From a virus (Duplodnaviria; Caudoviricetes): 41,921 bases of DNA. A program made the position numbers and the translations under genes. The stretch is taken from IMG/VR virus record IMGVR_UViG_3300031965_001337, positions 1 to 41,921 of that record; one strand, written 5' to 3'. The notes under the pieces were generated by a model that made no database searches, was not told the origin of the DNA, and worked only from the letters and a program-made list of their open reading frames with translations. Below are positions 9,187 to 16,884 of the stretch, piece by piece (position 1 is the stretch's first letter; every line of letters begins with the position of its first letter).

Positions 9187-9993
9187 ATGACGATGACGCC
9201 GGTGACGCGGAGCATCTGGGAGATGTGCCAGGACACCTTCGGGCGCATCCCTGCTCAATGGCGAGCGCAGATCGAAGCCCTCGACCTTGCCTTCACCAAC
9301 GCGCAGCTCGAAGAGGCGTTCGCCATCACGAAGCACCACCAGGGCAACAACATCAAGTACGTGGTTACGTGCCTGGGCGGCCTGCGGGACAAGGCGGCGG
9401 CAGCCGCGCCGGCCGCGCGGCCGAAACGGCTCCACTGCGACCGCTGCCCGCGGACCGACTACGTCGACCGCATGACGGTGCACGACGGCCAAGCCATCTG
9501 CGAGCGCTGCGCCGAGGACGTGCGCGACCGCGGTGCGTTGACGCCGAGGGCGGACGCGGACATGGAGAACGTCGTCGTCGGGCGCGCACGGCTGCTCGAG
9601 CTGCGCGCCGAGCAGCCGTGCCGGATCATCGGCACGCCGCTGCGCTGCAACGAGACGCCGGAGGAGCAGGCGTGGGTGAAGCGCTGGTACCGGCTCGTCG
9701 CCGATGTGCGGCAGGCGGCCCGCCGGAAGGCGCCCTACATGCCGCCGTCGCAGCTCGAGGCGGAGGTGAATGAGCTGCTGGCCCACCGCCAGCCCGAGCT
9801 GGGCCGCTATCCGGCGCGGCCCGACCCGCTGTGGGCTGTGTCGCTGCGAGGACGGCGGGCGGAAGAGGCGGCTGGGGGCCGCGCAGCGGACGGCGCGGGG
9901 CCTGCGGAGCCGCCGATGTCGGCGAACGCGCGCTACGTGGCCGCGTACTGGGCCGGCGTGAAACGCGCGCTCGGCGTGGAGGTGACGGCGTGA
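9187..9993 (+). CDS. DnaD-like domain replication protein with zinc finger
   Basis: LEEAFAIT...NNIKYVVTCL resembles the DnaD/DnaB_2 motif; CDRC...CERC; SD GGAGAGG. Confidence 0.6.
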   Translation: MTMTPVTRSIWEMCQDTFGRIPAQWRAQIEALDLAFTNAQLEEAFAITKHHQGNNIKYVVTCLGGLRDKAAAAAPAARPKRLHCDRCPRTDYVDRMTVHDGQAICERCAEDVRDRGALTPRADADMENVVVGRARLLELRAEQPCRIIGTPLRCNETPEEQAWVKRWYRLVADVRQAARRKAPYMPPSQLEAEVNELLAHRQPELGRYPARPDPLWAVSLRGRRAEEAAGGRAADGAGPAEPPMSANARYVAAYWAGVKRALGVEVTA

Positions 9994-10301
9994 CGGCCGA
10001 TACCTGGCAGCGGCCTGCAGGCGGCGCCCCGGTGACCGTTCCGCGCTACAGCGCGCCGGCCGAGGACGGCCCCTATCGCTGCGCGCCCTGCCATAAAGAC
10101 CCGCGATCGCGTTGCTCGACGTGTGGCTGCTACCGCTGCGGGACGACGACGCGGCGCCACAACCCGGCGGAGTGCGCGTCGCCGCTGCTCTGCGGCGCCT
10201 GCTGGCGCGAGCCGGCCGAGTACGACATGGGCGAGGCCTCCGGCCGGCGCGGACTGATCGGGGCGCGCTGCGCGCGCGAAATGGAGGAGCCGGGGTCATG
10301 A
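9990..10301 (+). CDS. Cys-rich zinc-finger protein
   Basis: several CxxC pairs; GTGA/ATGA coupling. Confidence 0.5.
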   Translation: MTADTWQRPAGGAPVTVPRYSAPAEDGPYRCAPCHKDPRSRCSTCGCYRCGTTTRRHNPAECASPLLCGACWREPAEYDMGEASGRRGLIGARCAREMEEPGS

Positions 10302-10708
10302 GCATACGGGGGAACATCTACTGCGAAGTTTGCGCGCGGTCGATGGTTCGGCTGCACGATGAGGTGCTGTTTACGAGCCCAAGGCGAATGGGGGAGGCGC
10401 ACGTCGGGACGCGCTTTCCCGGGCGTGATTATCGCGGCCAGGTGACGCTGAACGGCCAGAGCCTGAAGAACTGCGTCGAGGCTTTCGCCGGGCGAGACGG
10501 GTTTGTGCTGCTCGTCCATTGCCTGGTGCCATACAGCGCGCCGTGCCCGCAGTGCAAACGAATGCTTGTAGACGGCGGCTGGAGTGTGGAGCGCGGCGAA
10601 GTCGTGTTCTCATTGGAGCACGATGAAGAGGAGGTGTCGGAGATGAACGAGCAGACACACGCGGCAGCGCCGGCAGCGCCGGCAGCAACAAGCGGAGCGA
10701 GGGCCTGA
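10298..10708 (+). CDS. hypothetical zinc-binding protein
   Basis: CEVC and CPQC motifs; SD GGAGGAG. Confidence 0.55.
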   Translation: MSIRGNIYCEVCARSMVRLHDEVLFTSPRRMGEAHVGTRFPGRDYRGQVTLNGQSLKNCVEAFAGRDGFVLLVHCLVPYSAPCPQCKRMLVDGGWSVERGEVVFSLEHDEEEVSEMNEQTHAAAPAAPAATSGARA

Positions 10709-11382
10709 CATGGCGGCCCACAGAGCGCCTACGCCGGCTGGGAGCGCGCGTTGCGCTCGCCGCCCTGACGGTGGCGTTCTGTGCGGCGGGAGGAGGTGCT
10801 GATGGAGATAGCGCGAGCCTTTACGCACGACGCGGCGATCCTGCTGTTGGGGGTGTTGACCGCCTACGGGTTGCTGAAGATCCTGCGGGCGCTACATGGG
10901 CGTACTTCGGCCGGGACGTCGGCGAGCTGGAAGTCGGACGACCCGGCATGGCGCTGGTGGATTCGCAAGATCGCCACGCGCTGGAAGATGTGGCACGTGA
11001 GCCGCGACCTCTGGCGGATGCACACAACGCCGGAGGGCCCGCGGCGGCCATTGGCGCCTTCAGCGCCGGCTACCTCGAGCACGGAGGACGCGCGGAGTGG
11101 CTGACCCACTTCCTGGCCGACGTGATGCCCTGCGAGGGCGGCGGCGATGACGAGCCGCAGCCGTGGTGGCTCTTCGGCGACTACAGCGGCAGCGGGTACG
11201 TCTCGCCGGCGCAGTTCGACGCGGGCAGCTGGGCGACGGCCAGCGCGGCGACCGGGCGCACCGACCCGCACAACGGCTACGACGTCGGCGCCAATGTCGG
11301 CTGGTGGTCCGCGCACATCGAGCACCCGGGCGGGACCGGCGGCTGGCCGACGTGCTGGTGGAGAGGAGTAGTGCCACCATGA
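10705..11382 (+). CDS. secreted Rpf/lytic-transglycosylase-like protein, probable CTG start
   Basis: C-terminal domain VMPCEGGG...SGYVSPAQFDAGSW...GGWPTC parallels Rpf CESGG..GYYGGLQF..TW..WP.C; N-terminal RLRRLGARVALAALTVAFC signal-like peptide lies upstream of the first GTG. Confidence 0.65.
   Translation: MTWRPTERLRRLGARVALAALTVAFCAAGGGADGDSASLYARRGDPAVGGVDRLRVAEDPAGATWAYFGRDVGELEVGRPGMALVDSQDRHALEDVAREPRPLADAHNAGGPAAAIGAFSAGYLEHGGRAEWLTHFLADVMPCEGGGDDEPQPWWLFGDYSGSGYVSPAQFDAGSWATASAATGRTDPHNGYDVGANVGWWSAHIEHPGGTGGWPTCWWRGVVPP
10802..11104 (+). CDS. nested out-of-frame membrane protein (100 aa)
   Basis: SD AGGAGGT at 10791; TM segment AAILLLGVLTAYGLLKIL; GC-rich third positions in this frame. 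Confidence 0.45.
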   Translation: MEIARAFTHDAAILLLGVLTAYGLLKILRALHGRTSAGTSASWKSDDPAWRWWIRKIATRWKMWHVSRDLWRMHTTPEGPRRPLAPSAPATSSTEDARSG

Positions 11383-11567
11383 CGATCTACCAGGAATGCG
11401 TCCAGGAGCTGAAGGCGGCCGGCGCTCGGGTCCACGACGGCTACGACGTCGTGATCGTGCGCATCGGCGATCGGCGTTTTCCCTTCGACCGCTGGCGCTT
11501 CAACCTGTTCTGCGCGCGCGTCCACGAGCGCACCGAGCATCGCTGCGAAGCGGCGGCGGCCACGTGA
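11379..11567 (+). CDS. hypothetical protein
   Basis: SD GAGGAG; ATGA and GTGA coupling. Confidence 0.55.
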   Translation: MTIYQECVQELKAAGARVHDGYDVVIVRIGDRRFPFDRWRFNLFCARVHERTEHRCEAAAAT

Positions 11568-11923
11568 CGCAGCACCATTGGGCGTTCAACGGGCTGGTCG
11601 GTGAACCGCTCGGCGCGGCGGCCATCCGGAAGCTGCTCGCCGACCTCGTGCGCGTCATCGACATGGCGGCGATCGCCGAGCCGATAGTCTACATCGACGG
11701 CAGCGGCTGGCGCGGCCTGCAGTTGATCGCGGAGTCGCACATCTCGATCCACGGGCAGGGCCGCGACTGCGCGGTCGACGTCTTCTCCTGCCGGCCGTTC
11801 GAGCCGCAGCACGTGCTGTCCTGTCTCGCGCAGTGGATGCCGGGCCGCTGGGTCGGTCAGTGGCTTGAGCGCGGACTGAGCGGCCCACGGCCGGCGCGGA
11901 CGAGACTGGAGCTGGTGGCGTGA
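11564..11923 (+). CDS. speD: S-adenosylmethionine decarboxylase-like pyruvoyl proenzyme
   Basis: LIAESHISIH self-cleavage motif and DVFSC motif. Confidence 0.85.
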   Translation: MTQHHWAFNGLVGEPLGAAAIRKLLADLVRVIDMAAIAEPIVYIDGSGWRGLQLIAESHISIHGQGRDCAVDVFSCRPFEPQHVLSCLAQWMPGRWVGQWLERGLSGPRPARTRLELVA

Positions 11924-12819
11924 GGAACAGCAGCGCGCGCATCATCGCCGACGTTCACATGTTGGCCGGCCGGCTACGGCGCCCGCCCTTGTTCAAGGAT
12001 TGGCTCGCCGCCGGGCTCGCGCCGCGCGCGCTCGGGACGTTTACCAAACGCTTCGGCTCCTGGGACGGAGTCCTCGCCGCTGCGGCTCTTCCGCCGCCGG
12101 ATGCCGAGCCGATCTGGCAGCACAGCAACGGCCGCCTCTATTGGACGGATGCCCGGATCGCCGACGCGCTGCGCCGCGTCTACCAACACCTCGGGCGGGT
12201 CCCGCACTGGCGCGACTGGTGGGCGTACGCCCGCGCCGGCTGGACACTGCCCGGCTCGCGGCTACTGCAGCGGTTCGCACGGACGAAAGGGAGAGGGCTG
12301 TTCCAGCGCGCCCTGATCCGAGCCGGCGTCCGCCTGCGCCCATCGGACGGTAACGGGAGGCCGGTCTGGAACGAGGCGAGCTGGTCAAAACAACAGGATG
12401 GGTTCCTCCTCCAGAACGCGGGCGTCCTGACGCTCAACGAAATCGCAGCCTCCCTCGGTCGCAGCTACGCCGCGTGCCGCCGGCGGCTGTTCGACCTGGG
12501 GACGACGGCGCGGGGAGCGCGCGGCTGGTACACCGGCCAGAAACTGGCCCAGAAGCTCAACTGTCCAGTGACGCGGATCTACCGCGCACTCGAGACAGGC
12601 CGGCTCAAGGGCGTGAAGCCACCCGGTCGGACCTACTGGCAGATCGACCCGGCGAGCGTCGACCAGGCGCGCGAGTGGCTGTGTGCGCCGAAGCGGACGC
12701 ACAAGAGCACGCCGCCCGCGACGACCGACTGGTACGCGACGAACAACGTCCGGCGCAATGGCGCGGGCAAGATCGTCGGCAAGCGTCGCCGGCGGAAGCG
12801 CGAGCGGATCGCGGCATGA
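11920..12819 (+). CDS. multi-domain DNA-binding protein (homing-endonuclease-associated repeats, Myb-like HTH, excisionase-type HTH); candidate late regulator
   Basis: KRFGSW..VLAAA repeat, WSKQQDGFL...EIAASLGRS, YTGQKLAQKLNCPVTRIYRALETGRLKG. Confidence 0.6.
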   Translation: MRNSSARIIADVHMLAGRLRRPPLFKDWLAAGLAPRALGTFTKRFGSWDGVLAAAALPPPDAEPIWQHSNGRLYWTDARIADALRRVYQHLGRVPHWRDWWAYARAGWTLPGSRLLQRFARTKGRGLFQRALIRAGVRLRPSDGNGRPVWNEASWSKQQDGFLLQNAGVLTLNEIAASLGRSYAACRRRLFDLGTTARGARGWYTGQKLAQKLNCPVTRIYRALETGRLKGVKPPGRTYWQIDPASVDQAREWLCAPKRTHKSTPPATTDWYATNNVRRNGAGKIVGKRRRRKRERIAA

Positions 12820-13235
12820 GCCCGCGAGCAGCGCCCCACCCGTGCGGAGAGCCGGGCTGTCGCGTGCTGCTGGCGGCCGGCGTGTCGCGCTGCGAGGATC
12901 ATCGCGCCGAACGTGTCCGGCCCAACGCGAACGAGCGCGGCTACGGCGCGCGCTGGGAACGCGCGCGGGCCGCGTACCTCGCGCTGCACCGGTACTGCGT
13001 CGACTGCAGCGCGGCCTCGACGACAGTCGACCACAAGCGCCCACACCGCGGCGACGCGACGCTCTTCTGGGACGAGGACAACTGGCAAGCAATGTGCGGA
13101 CCTTGCCACAGCAGAAAGACCGCGCAGCGCGACGGCGGGTTCGGCCGAGCTCGCAGGGGGAGGGCGGATCGAATCTCTAGAACGAAGCGACACCCGACCG
13201 TCGCGCAGCCTCGCGGGGGTGGCCGCAAGTTTTGA
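12816..13235 (+). CDS. packaging-associated HNH endonuclease (HK97 gp74-like)
   Basis: RGYGARW...CVDC...VDHKRPHRGDATLFWDEDNWQAMCGPCHSRKT; directly upstream of terS. Confidence 0.9.
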   Translation: MSPRAAPHPCGEPGCRVLLAAGVSRCEDHRAERVRPNANERGYGARWERARAAYLALHRYCVDCSAASTTVDHKRPHRGDATLFWDEDNWQAMCGPCHSRKTAQRDGGFGRARRGRADRISRTKRHPTVAQPRGGGRKF

Positions 13236-13246
13236 AAATCGGGGGT
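13157..13246. other. probable cos (genome end) region
   Basis: position between packaging HNH and terS; GGGG..GGATCGAATCTCT...GACCG...CGCAAGTTTTGAAA resembles the layout in HK97-like cos phages. Confidence 0.45.
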
Positions 13247-13248
13247 GA

Positions 13249-13710
13249 ATGAAAAACGTGGGGCGTCGAGGGCCTCCACCGAAGCCGACAGCGGCCCGCC
13301 GCCTGCAGGGGAACGCGGGCAAGCGCCCGTTGAACCAGCACGAGCCGCAGCCGGCGCCCGGCTCGCCCCCAAGGCCCGCCTGGCTGCCCTCCCGGGCACG
13401 GCCGTGGTGGTCCCGCCTCATCGAGCAGCTCGAGCCGCTCCGCGTGCTGACCCAGGCGGACGTCTTCGCCCTGGCCCAGCTGGCCGACGCGCTCGCGGAG
13501 TGGACGGATGCGGCGAAGGGCAAAGGGAAACCGGCCGTCGTGGACAAGGCGATGCGGCGCGCCTTCACACTCTACAACCGCTTCGGGCTCACGCCGGCCG
13601 ACCGGACCCGCCTGATCGCCCGCCCGCTCGAGGAAGCCGACCCCCTGGATGAGCTGCGCGAGCGCCGCGACCAGAAGGCGGCGGCCCGCCGAGGCCGGGC
13701 GCCCCGATGA
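13249..13710 (+). CDS. terS: terminase small subunit, P27 family
   Basis: RRGPPPKPT..RLQGNAGKRPLN, P.WL, FGLTPADRTRL. Confidence 0.92.
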   Translation: MKNVGRRGPPPKPTAARRLQGNAGKRPLNQHEPQPAPGSPPRPAWLPSRARPWWSRLIEQLEPLRVLTQADVFALAQLADALAEWTDAAKGKGKPAVVDKAMRRAFTLYNRFGLTPADRTRLIARPLEEADPLDELRERRDQKAAARRGRAPR

Positions 13711-15461
13711 CACTCACGACGAAGCGGCGGACACCCGCCGCAGCCTCGGCTTCGCCCACCCGCCCGCCGCGCCGGACCCCTCCCCTTCACCCCGTCACCG
13801 CGTACGCGCGAGCCGTCGTGGACGGGAAGATTGTCGCCGGGCAGCTGGTCAAGCTGGCCTGCCGGCGCCACCTCCGCGATCTCCGTGATGCCGGTCGCCG
13901 CGGCCTCGTCTTCGACCAGGATGCGGCGACCGACGCGATCGCCTTTTTCTCGCGCCTCCGCCAGAGCAAGGGCCGGTGGGCTGGTAAGCCGCTCGAGCTG
14001 CGGCCGTGGCAGTCGTTCGTCATTGGCTGCGTGTTCGGCTGGTGCTGGAAGGCGAGCGGGCTGCGGCGGTTCCGGACCGCGTACGTCTCGGTCGCCCGCA
14101 AGAACGGCAAGACGACGCTCGCCGCCGGCGTCGCGCTCTACCTGCTCGACTTCGACAACGAGGCCGGCGCAGAGGTGTACAGTGCGGCGACGAAGCGCGA
14201 CCAGGCGCGCCTCTGCTGGTCCGACGCCCAACGGATGGTAGCGCGCACGCCGGCCCTGAAGCGCCGCATCCGCATCATCGAGTCGCGGGCCAACATGCAC
14301 GTGATCGAGACGGGGTCGAAGTTCGAGGCATTGGGCGCGGACGCCGACACGCTCGACGGCCTGAACCCGCACGCCTACATCATCGACGAGCTGCACGCGC
14401 ACAAGACGCGCCGCGTCGTCGACGTACTCGAGACGTCGACCGGGGCCCGCGAGCAACCGCTGGCCTTCTACATCACGACGGCCGGCCTGGAGCGCGAGTC
14501 GATCTACGCCGAGACGGACGACTACGCGAAGCGGGTGCTCGAGGGCGCGGTCGAGGACGATGCGTACTTCGCGTACATCGCCGCGCTGGACAAGGACGAC
14601 GACTGGCGCCACGAGCGCGTGTACGCCAAAGCCAACCCCAGCCTGGGCGTCACCCTCGCGCTCGCCGACCTGGTCGCCGAGCGCGACAAGGCGATCGTGA
14701 CGCCGGGCCGGATGAACGCGTTCAAGCGCCTGCGCCTGAACATTCGCACGGGCCAGTTCGAGGCCTGGTTCACGCCGGAGCAGATCGACGCCAACCGCTA
14801 CGAGTTCGAGGAGGCCGACCTGGCCGGCTGGGCCTGCTTCGCCGGCCTCGATCTGGCCAGCACGACCGACATCACCACGCTCGTGCTCTGGTTCCCGGAC
14901 GCGGAGGATGGCGGCGGGTGGATCCTCCCCTACTTCTGGGTGCCGGAGGAGGCGGGCCCGCGGCGTTGGGAGCGCGACGCCGTCCCCTACCCGGAGTGGA
15001 TCGAGCAGGGCTTCCTGAAGACGACGCCCGGCAACGTCACCGACTACGACGTGATCCGCGAGGACATCCGCGAGCTGGCCGAGCGGTACGGCATCACGGA
15101 GATCGACTTCGACCCCTGGAACTCGAGCCAGCTGATCAACCAGCTCCAGGAGGACGGCGCAACGTGCGTGAAGATCCGCCAGGGGTTCGCCACGCTCTCC
15201 GCGCCTTCAAAGCAGCTCGAGGCGTTCATCGCCTCCGGGAAGGCCCGCCACAACGGCCACCCCGTGCTGCGCTGGATGCTGCTCAACGCCCAGAAACGGG
15301 AGGACGAACAGGGCAACATCAAGCCGGACCGGAAGCGGAGCGCGGAGAAGATCGACGCCGTCATCGCGCTCGTCACCAGCCTCGCCCGGGCGATCGACCA
15401 GCCGGGAGACGGCCCGTCCGCGTACGAGCAGATGGTCGAGGAAGGCGAGGAGCTGCTGTGA
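13707..15461 (+). CDS. terL: terminase large subunit
   Basis: VARKNGKTT Walker A, IIDELHAH Walker B, ITTAG, GLDLASTTD nuclease, KIDAVIA. Confidence 0.97.
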   Translation: MTLTTKRRTPAAASASPTRPPRRTPPLHPVTAYARAVVDGKIVAGQLVKLACRRHLRDLRDAGRRGLVFDQDAATDAIAFFSRLRQSKGRWAGKPLELRPWQSFVIGCVFGWCWKASGLRRFRTAYVSVARKNGKTTLAAGVALYLLDFDNEAGAEVYSAATKRDQARLCWSDAQRMVARTPALKRRIRIIESRANMHVIETGSKFEALGADADTLDGLNPHAYIIDELHAHKTRRVVDVLETSTGAREQPLAFYITTAGLERESIYAETDDYAKRVLEGAVEDDAYFAYIAALDKDDDWRHERVYAKANPSLGVTLALADLVAERDKAIVTPGRMNAFKRLRLNIRTGQFEAWFTPEQIDANRYEFEEADLAGWACFAGLDLASTTDITTLVLWFPDAEDGGGWILPYFWVPEEAGPRRWERDAVPYPEWIEQGFLKTTPGNVTDYDVIREDIRELAERYGITEIDFDPWNSSQLINQLQEDGATCVKIRQGFATLSAPSKQLEAFIASGKARHNGHPVLRWMLLNAQKREDEQGNIKPDRKRSAEKIDAVIALVTSLARAIDQPGDGPSAYEQMVEEGEELL

Positions 15462-15850
15462 GCAAAAAGGCCAAGGGAAAGAGAACGGGAGCCGGATTCG
15501 TAACGGCCGCGGGCCTGGCGAAACTCATACGCGCGCGAGACGCCGCCAGCCGTGCGCTGGCGAAGATCCGGTCCAGCCTTCCGCCGCCGGCACTGTCCGC
15601 CCGCGCGCGGCCTTGGTGGGGACGCGTCAACGAGCACCTCGACCCGCTGCAGATCCTTACGGAAGCGGACATGGACGCGCTCGTTGCGCTGTGCGAAGCC
15701 TTGGCGGAGTGGCAAGACGCGGCGAACGGAAAGGGCACGCCGGCCAGCGGCGCGAAGGCAATACGCCGCGCCTTACCGCTCTACGAGCGCTTTGGATTGA
15801 CGCCGGCTGCACGAGGAAAGCGAGGGCGGCGGGGGCTTGTAAAGCGGTGA
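15458..15850 (+). CDS. second, terminally altered P27-family small terminase paralog
   Basis: 46/71 identical residues, ungapped, to the TerS core at 13249 (manual count); GTGA coupling to terL. Confidence 0.8.
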   Translation: MSKKAKGKRTGAGFVTAAGLAKLIRARDAASRALAKIRSSLPPPALSARARPWWGRVNEHLDPLQILTEADMDALVALCEALAEWQDAANGKGTPASGAKAIRRALPLYERFGLTPAARGKRGRRGLVKR

Positions 15851-16395
15851 GCGGTGACTTCCTACGCTCACTCATCGCCCAGGGTGAGGAGTGCCAGGAC
15901 CGTCTCTTGTATGCGGTCTACTGCTTGTTGGACGAACACGGGGATGAATGTTCGTGCGGCGCCACCGACGGCAGCTTGGTCGAGGAAATCGAGGCCATCG
16001 CCTTGAAGACGATCCCGCTATGTAGGAGTGAACTGGAGCAGCTCGCCGACAGCGTGGATGAGGTCGCAAACTTACGAGCAGAACGTGACCGCGCTCAGGC
16101 CCGGCTTGCCCGGAGGACGCGAACGATCCCCAAGAGAGTCCGCGAAGCCGTCCTCGTGCGGGACGGGAGGCATTGTCGGTACTGCGGTAGAGATGTCGGA
16201 GACGCAGCCTGGCTCGATCATTATGAACCTGACGGACTGAGCACCGAGGACAATCTAGTCACGGCCTGCAGAACCTGCAACCTCACAAAGGGCCCCGTTC
16301 GGCCGAGAGCCCTGAAGAGACGACGCGGGATGGCATTGTTGGGGAGACGCCCTGAAACCCCACCTCTCTGGGAGGAGGAGAATAGCGTTGCCTGA
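15847..16395 (+). CDS. HNH endonuclease with N-terminal coiled coil
   Basis: IPKRVREAVLVRDGRHCRYCG...LDHYEP...NLVTACRTCNLTKG. Confidence 0.85.
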   Translation: MSGDFLRSLIAQGEECQDRLLYAVYCLLDEHGDECSCGATDGSLVEEIEAIALKTIPLCRSELEQLADSVDEVANLRAERDRAQARLARRTRTIPKRVREAVLVRDGRHCRYCGRDVGDAAWLDHYEPDGLSTEDNLVTACRTCNLTKGPVRPRALKRRRGMALLGRRPETPPLWEEENSVA

Positions 16396-16585
16396 TGAAG
16401 ATCCCGCGCGCCGAACCTGCACCATCGAGGAGGCAGCGCTGTTGCTAGGTATAGGGCGCACGTTGGCGTACGCGCTCGCCAAGCGAGACGAGTTCCCTGT
16501 GCCGCTGATTCGGCTCGGCCGGCGAATTCTCGTTCCAAAGCGGGCGCTGCTGCGCCTGCTGGGCGAAGAGGATGACTCACAATGA
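16388..16585 (+). CDS. excisionase-type (HTH_17) DNA-binding protein
   Basis: TIEEAALLLGIGRTLAYALAKRDEFPVPLIRLGRRILVP; SD GGAGGAG, TTG start. Confidence 0.88.
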   Translation: MPDEDPARRTCTIEEAALLLGIGRTLAYALAKRDEFPVPLIRLGRRILVPKRALLRLLGEEDDSQ

Positions 16586-16881
16586 CGGTCGTGCCGGCCT
16601 CTTTGATAAAGCGCCTACGCCGTGGTATCATATGGGCGGCGAAGGCGGCAGCCCGCGCGGGCAGCGCAGCCCGGCGGATCGCCACCGACACCGACACCTA
16701 CTTTTTCGGCGGCCTCCTGCTGGTCGCCACTGGAGTCGGAGCGATGCACTCGATCCCGCTCGCCGCGATCATCACGGGCTGCGCGCTCATCGCCTTCGCC
16801 GTCTGGATGACGCCGCGGGCGGCGGGGCGCAGCCGAGCCGGGCCGTCCGGAACCGCCCGGTCGCCTGAGGAGGAGCTCTAA
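16582..16881 (+). CDS. small two-TM membrane protein preceding portal
   Basis: hydrophobic FFGGLLLVATGVG and IPLAAIITGCALIAFAVW. Confidence 0.65.
   Translation: MTVVPASLIKRLRRGIIWAAKAAARAGSAARRIATDTDTYFFGGLLLVATGVGAMHSIPLAAIITGCALIAFAVWMTPRAAGRSRAGPSGTARSPEEEL
16603..16631 (+). promoter_or_regulatory. sigma70-type promoter upstream of the portal operon
   Basis: TTGATA-17 nt-TATCAT with extended -10 TG. Confidence 0.5.
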
Positions 16882-16884
16882 GGC

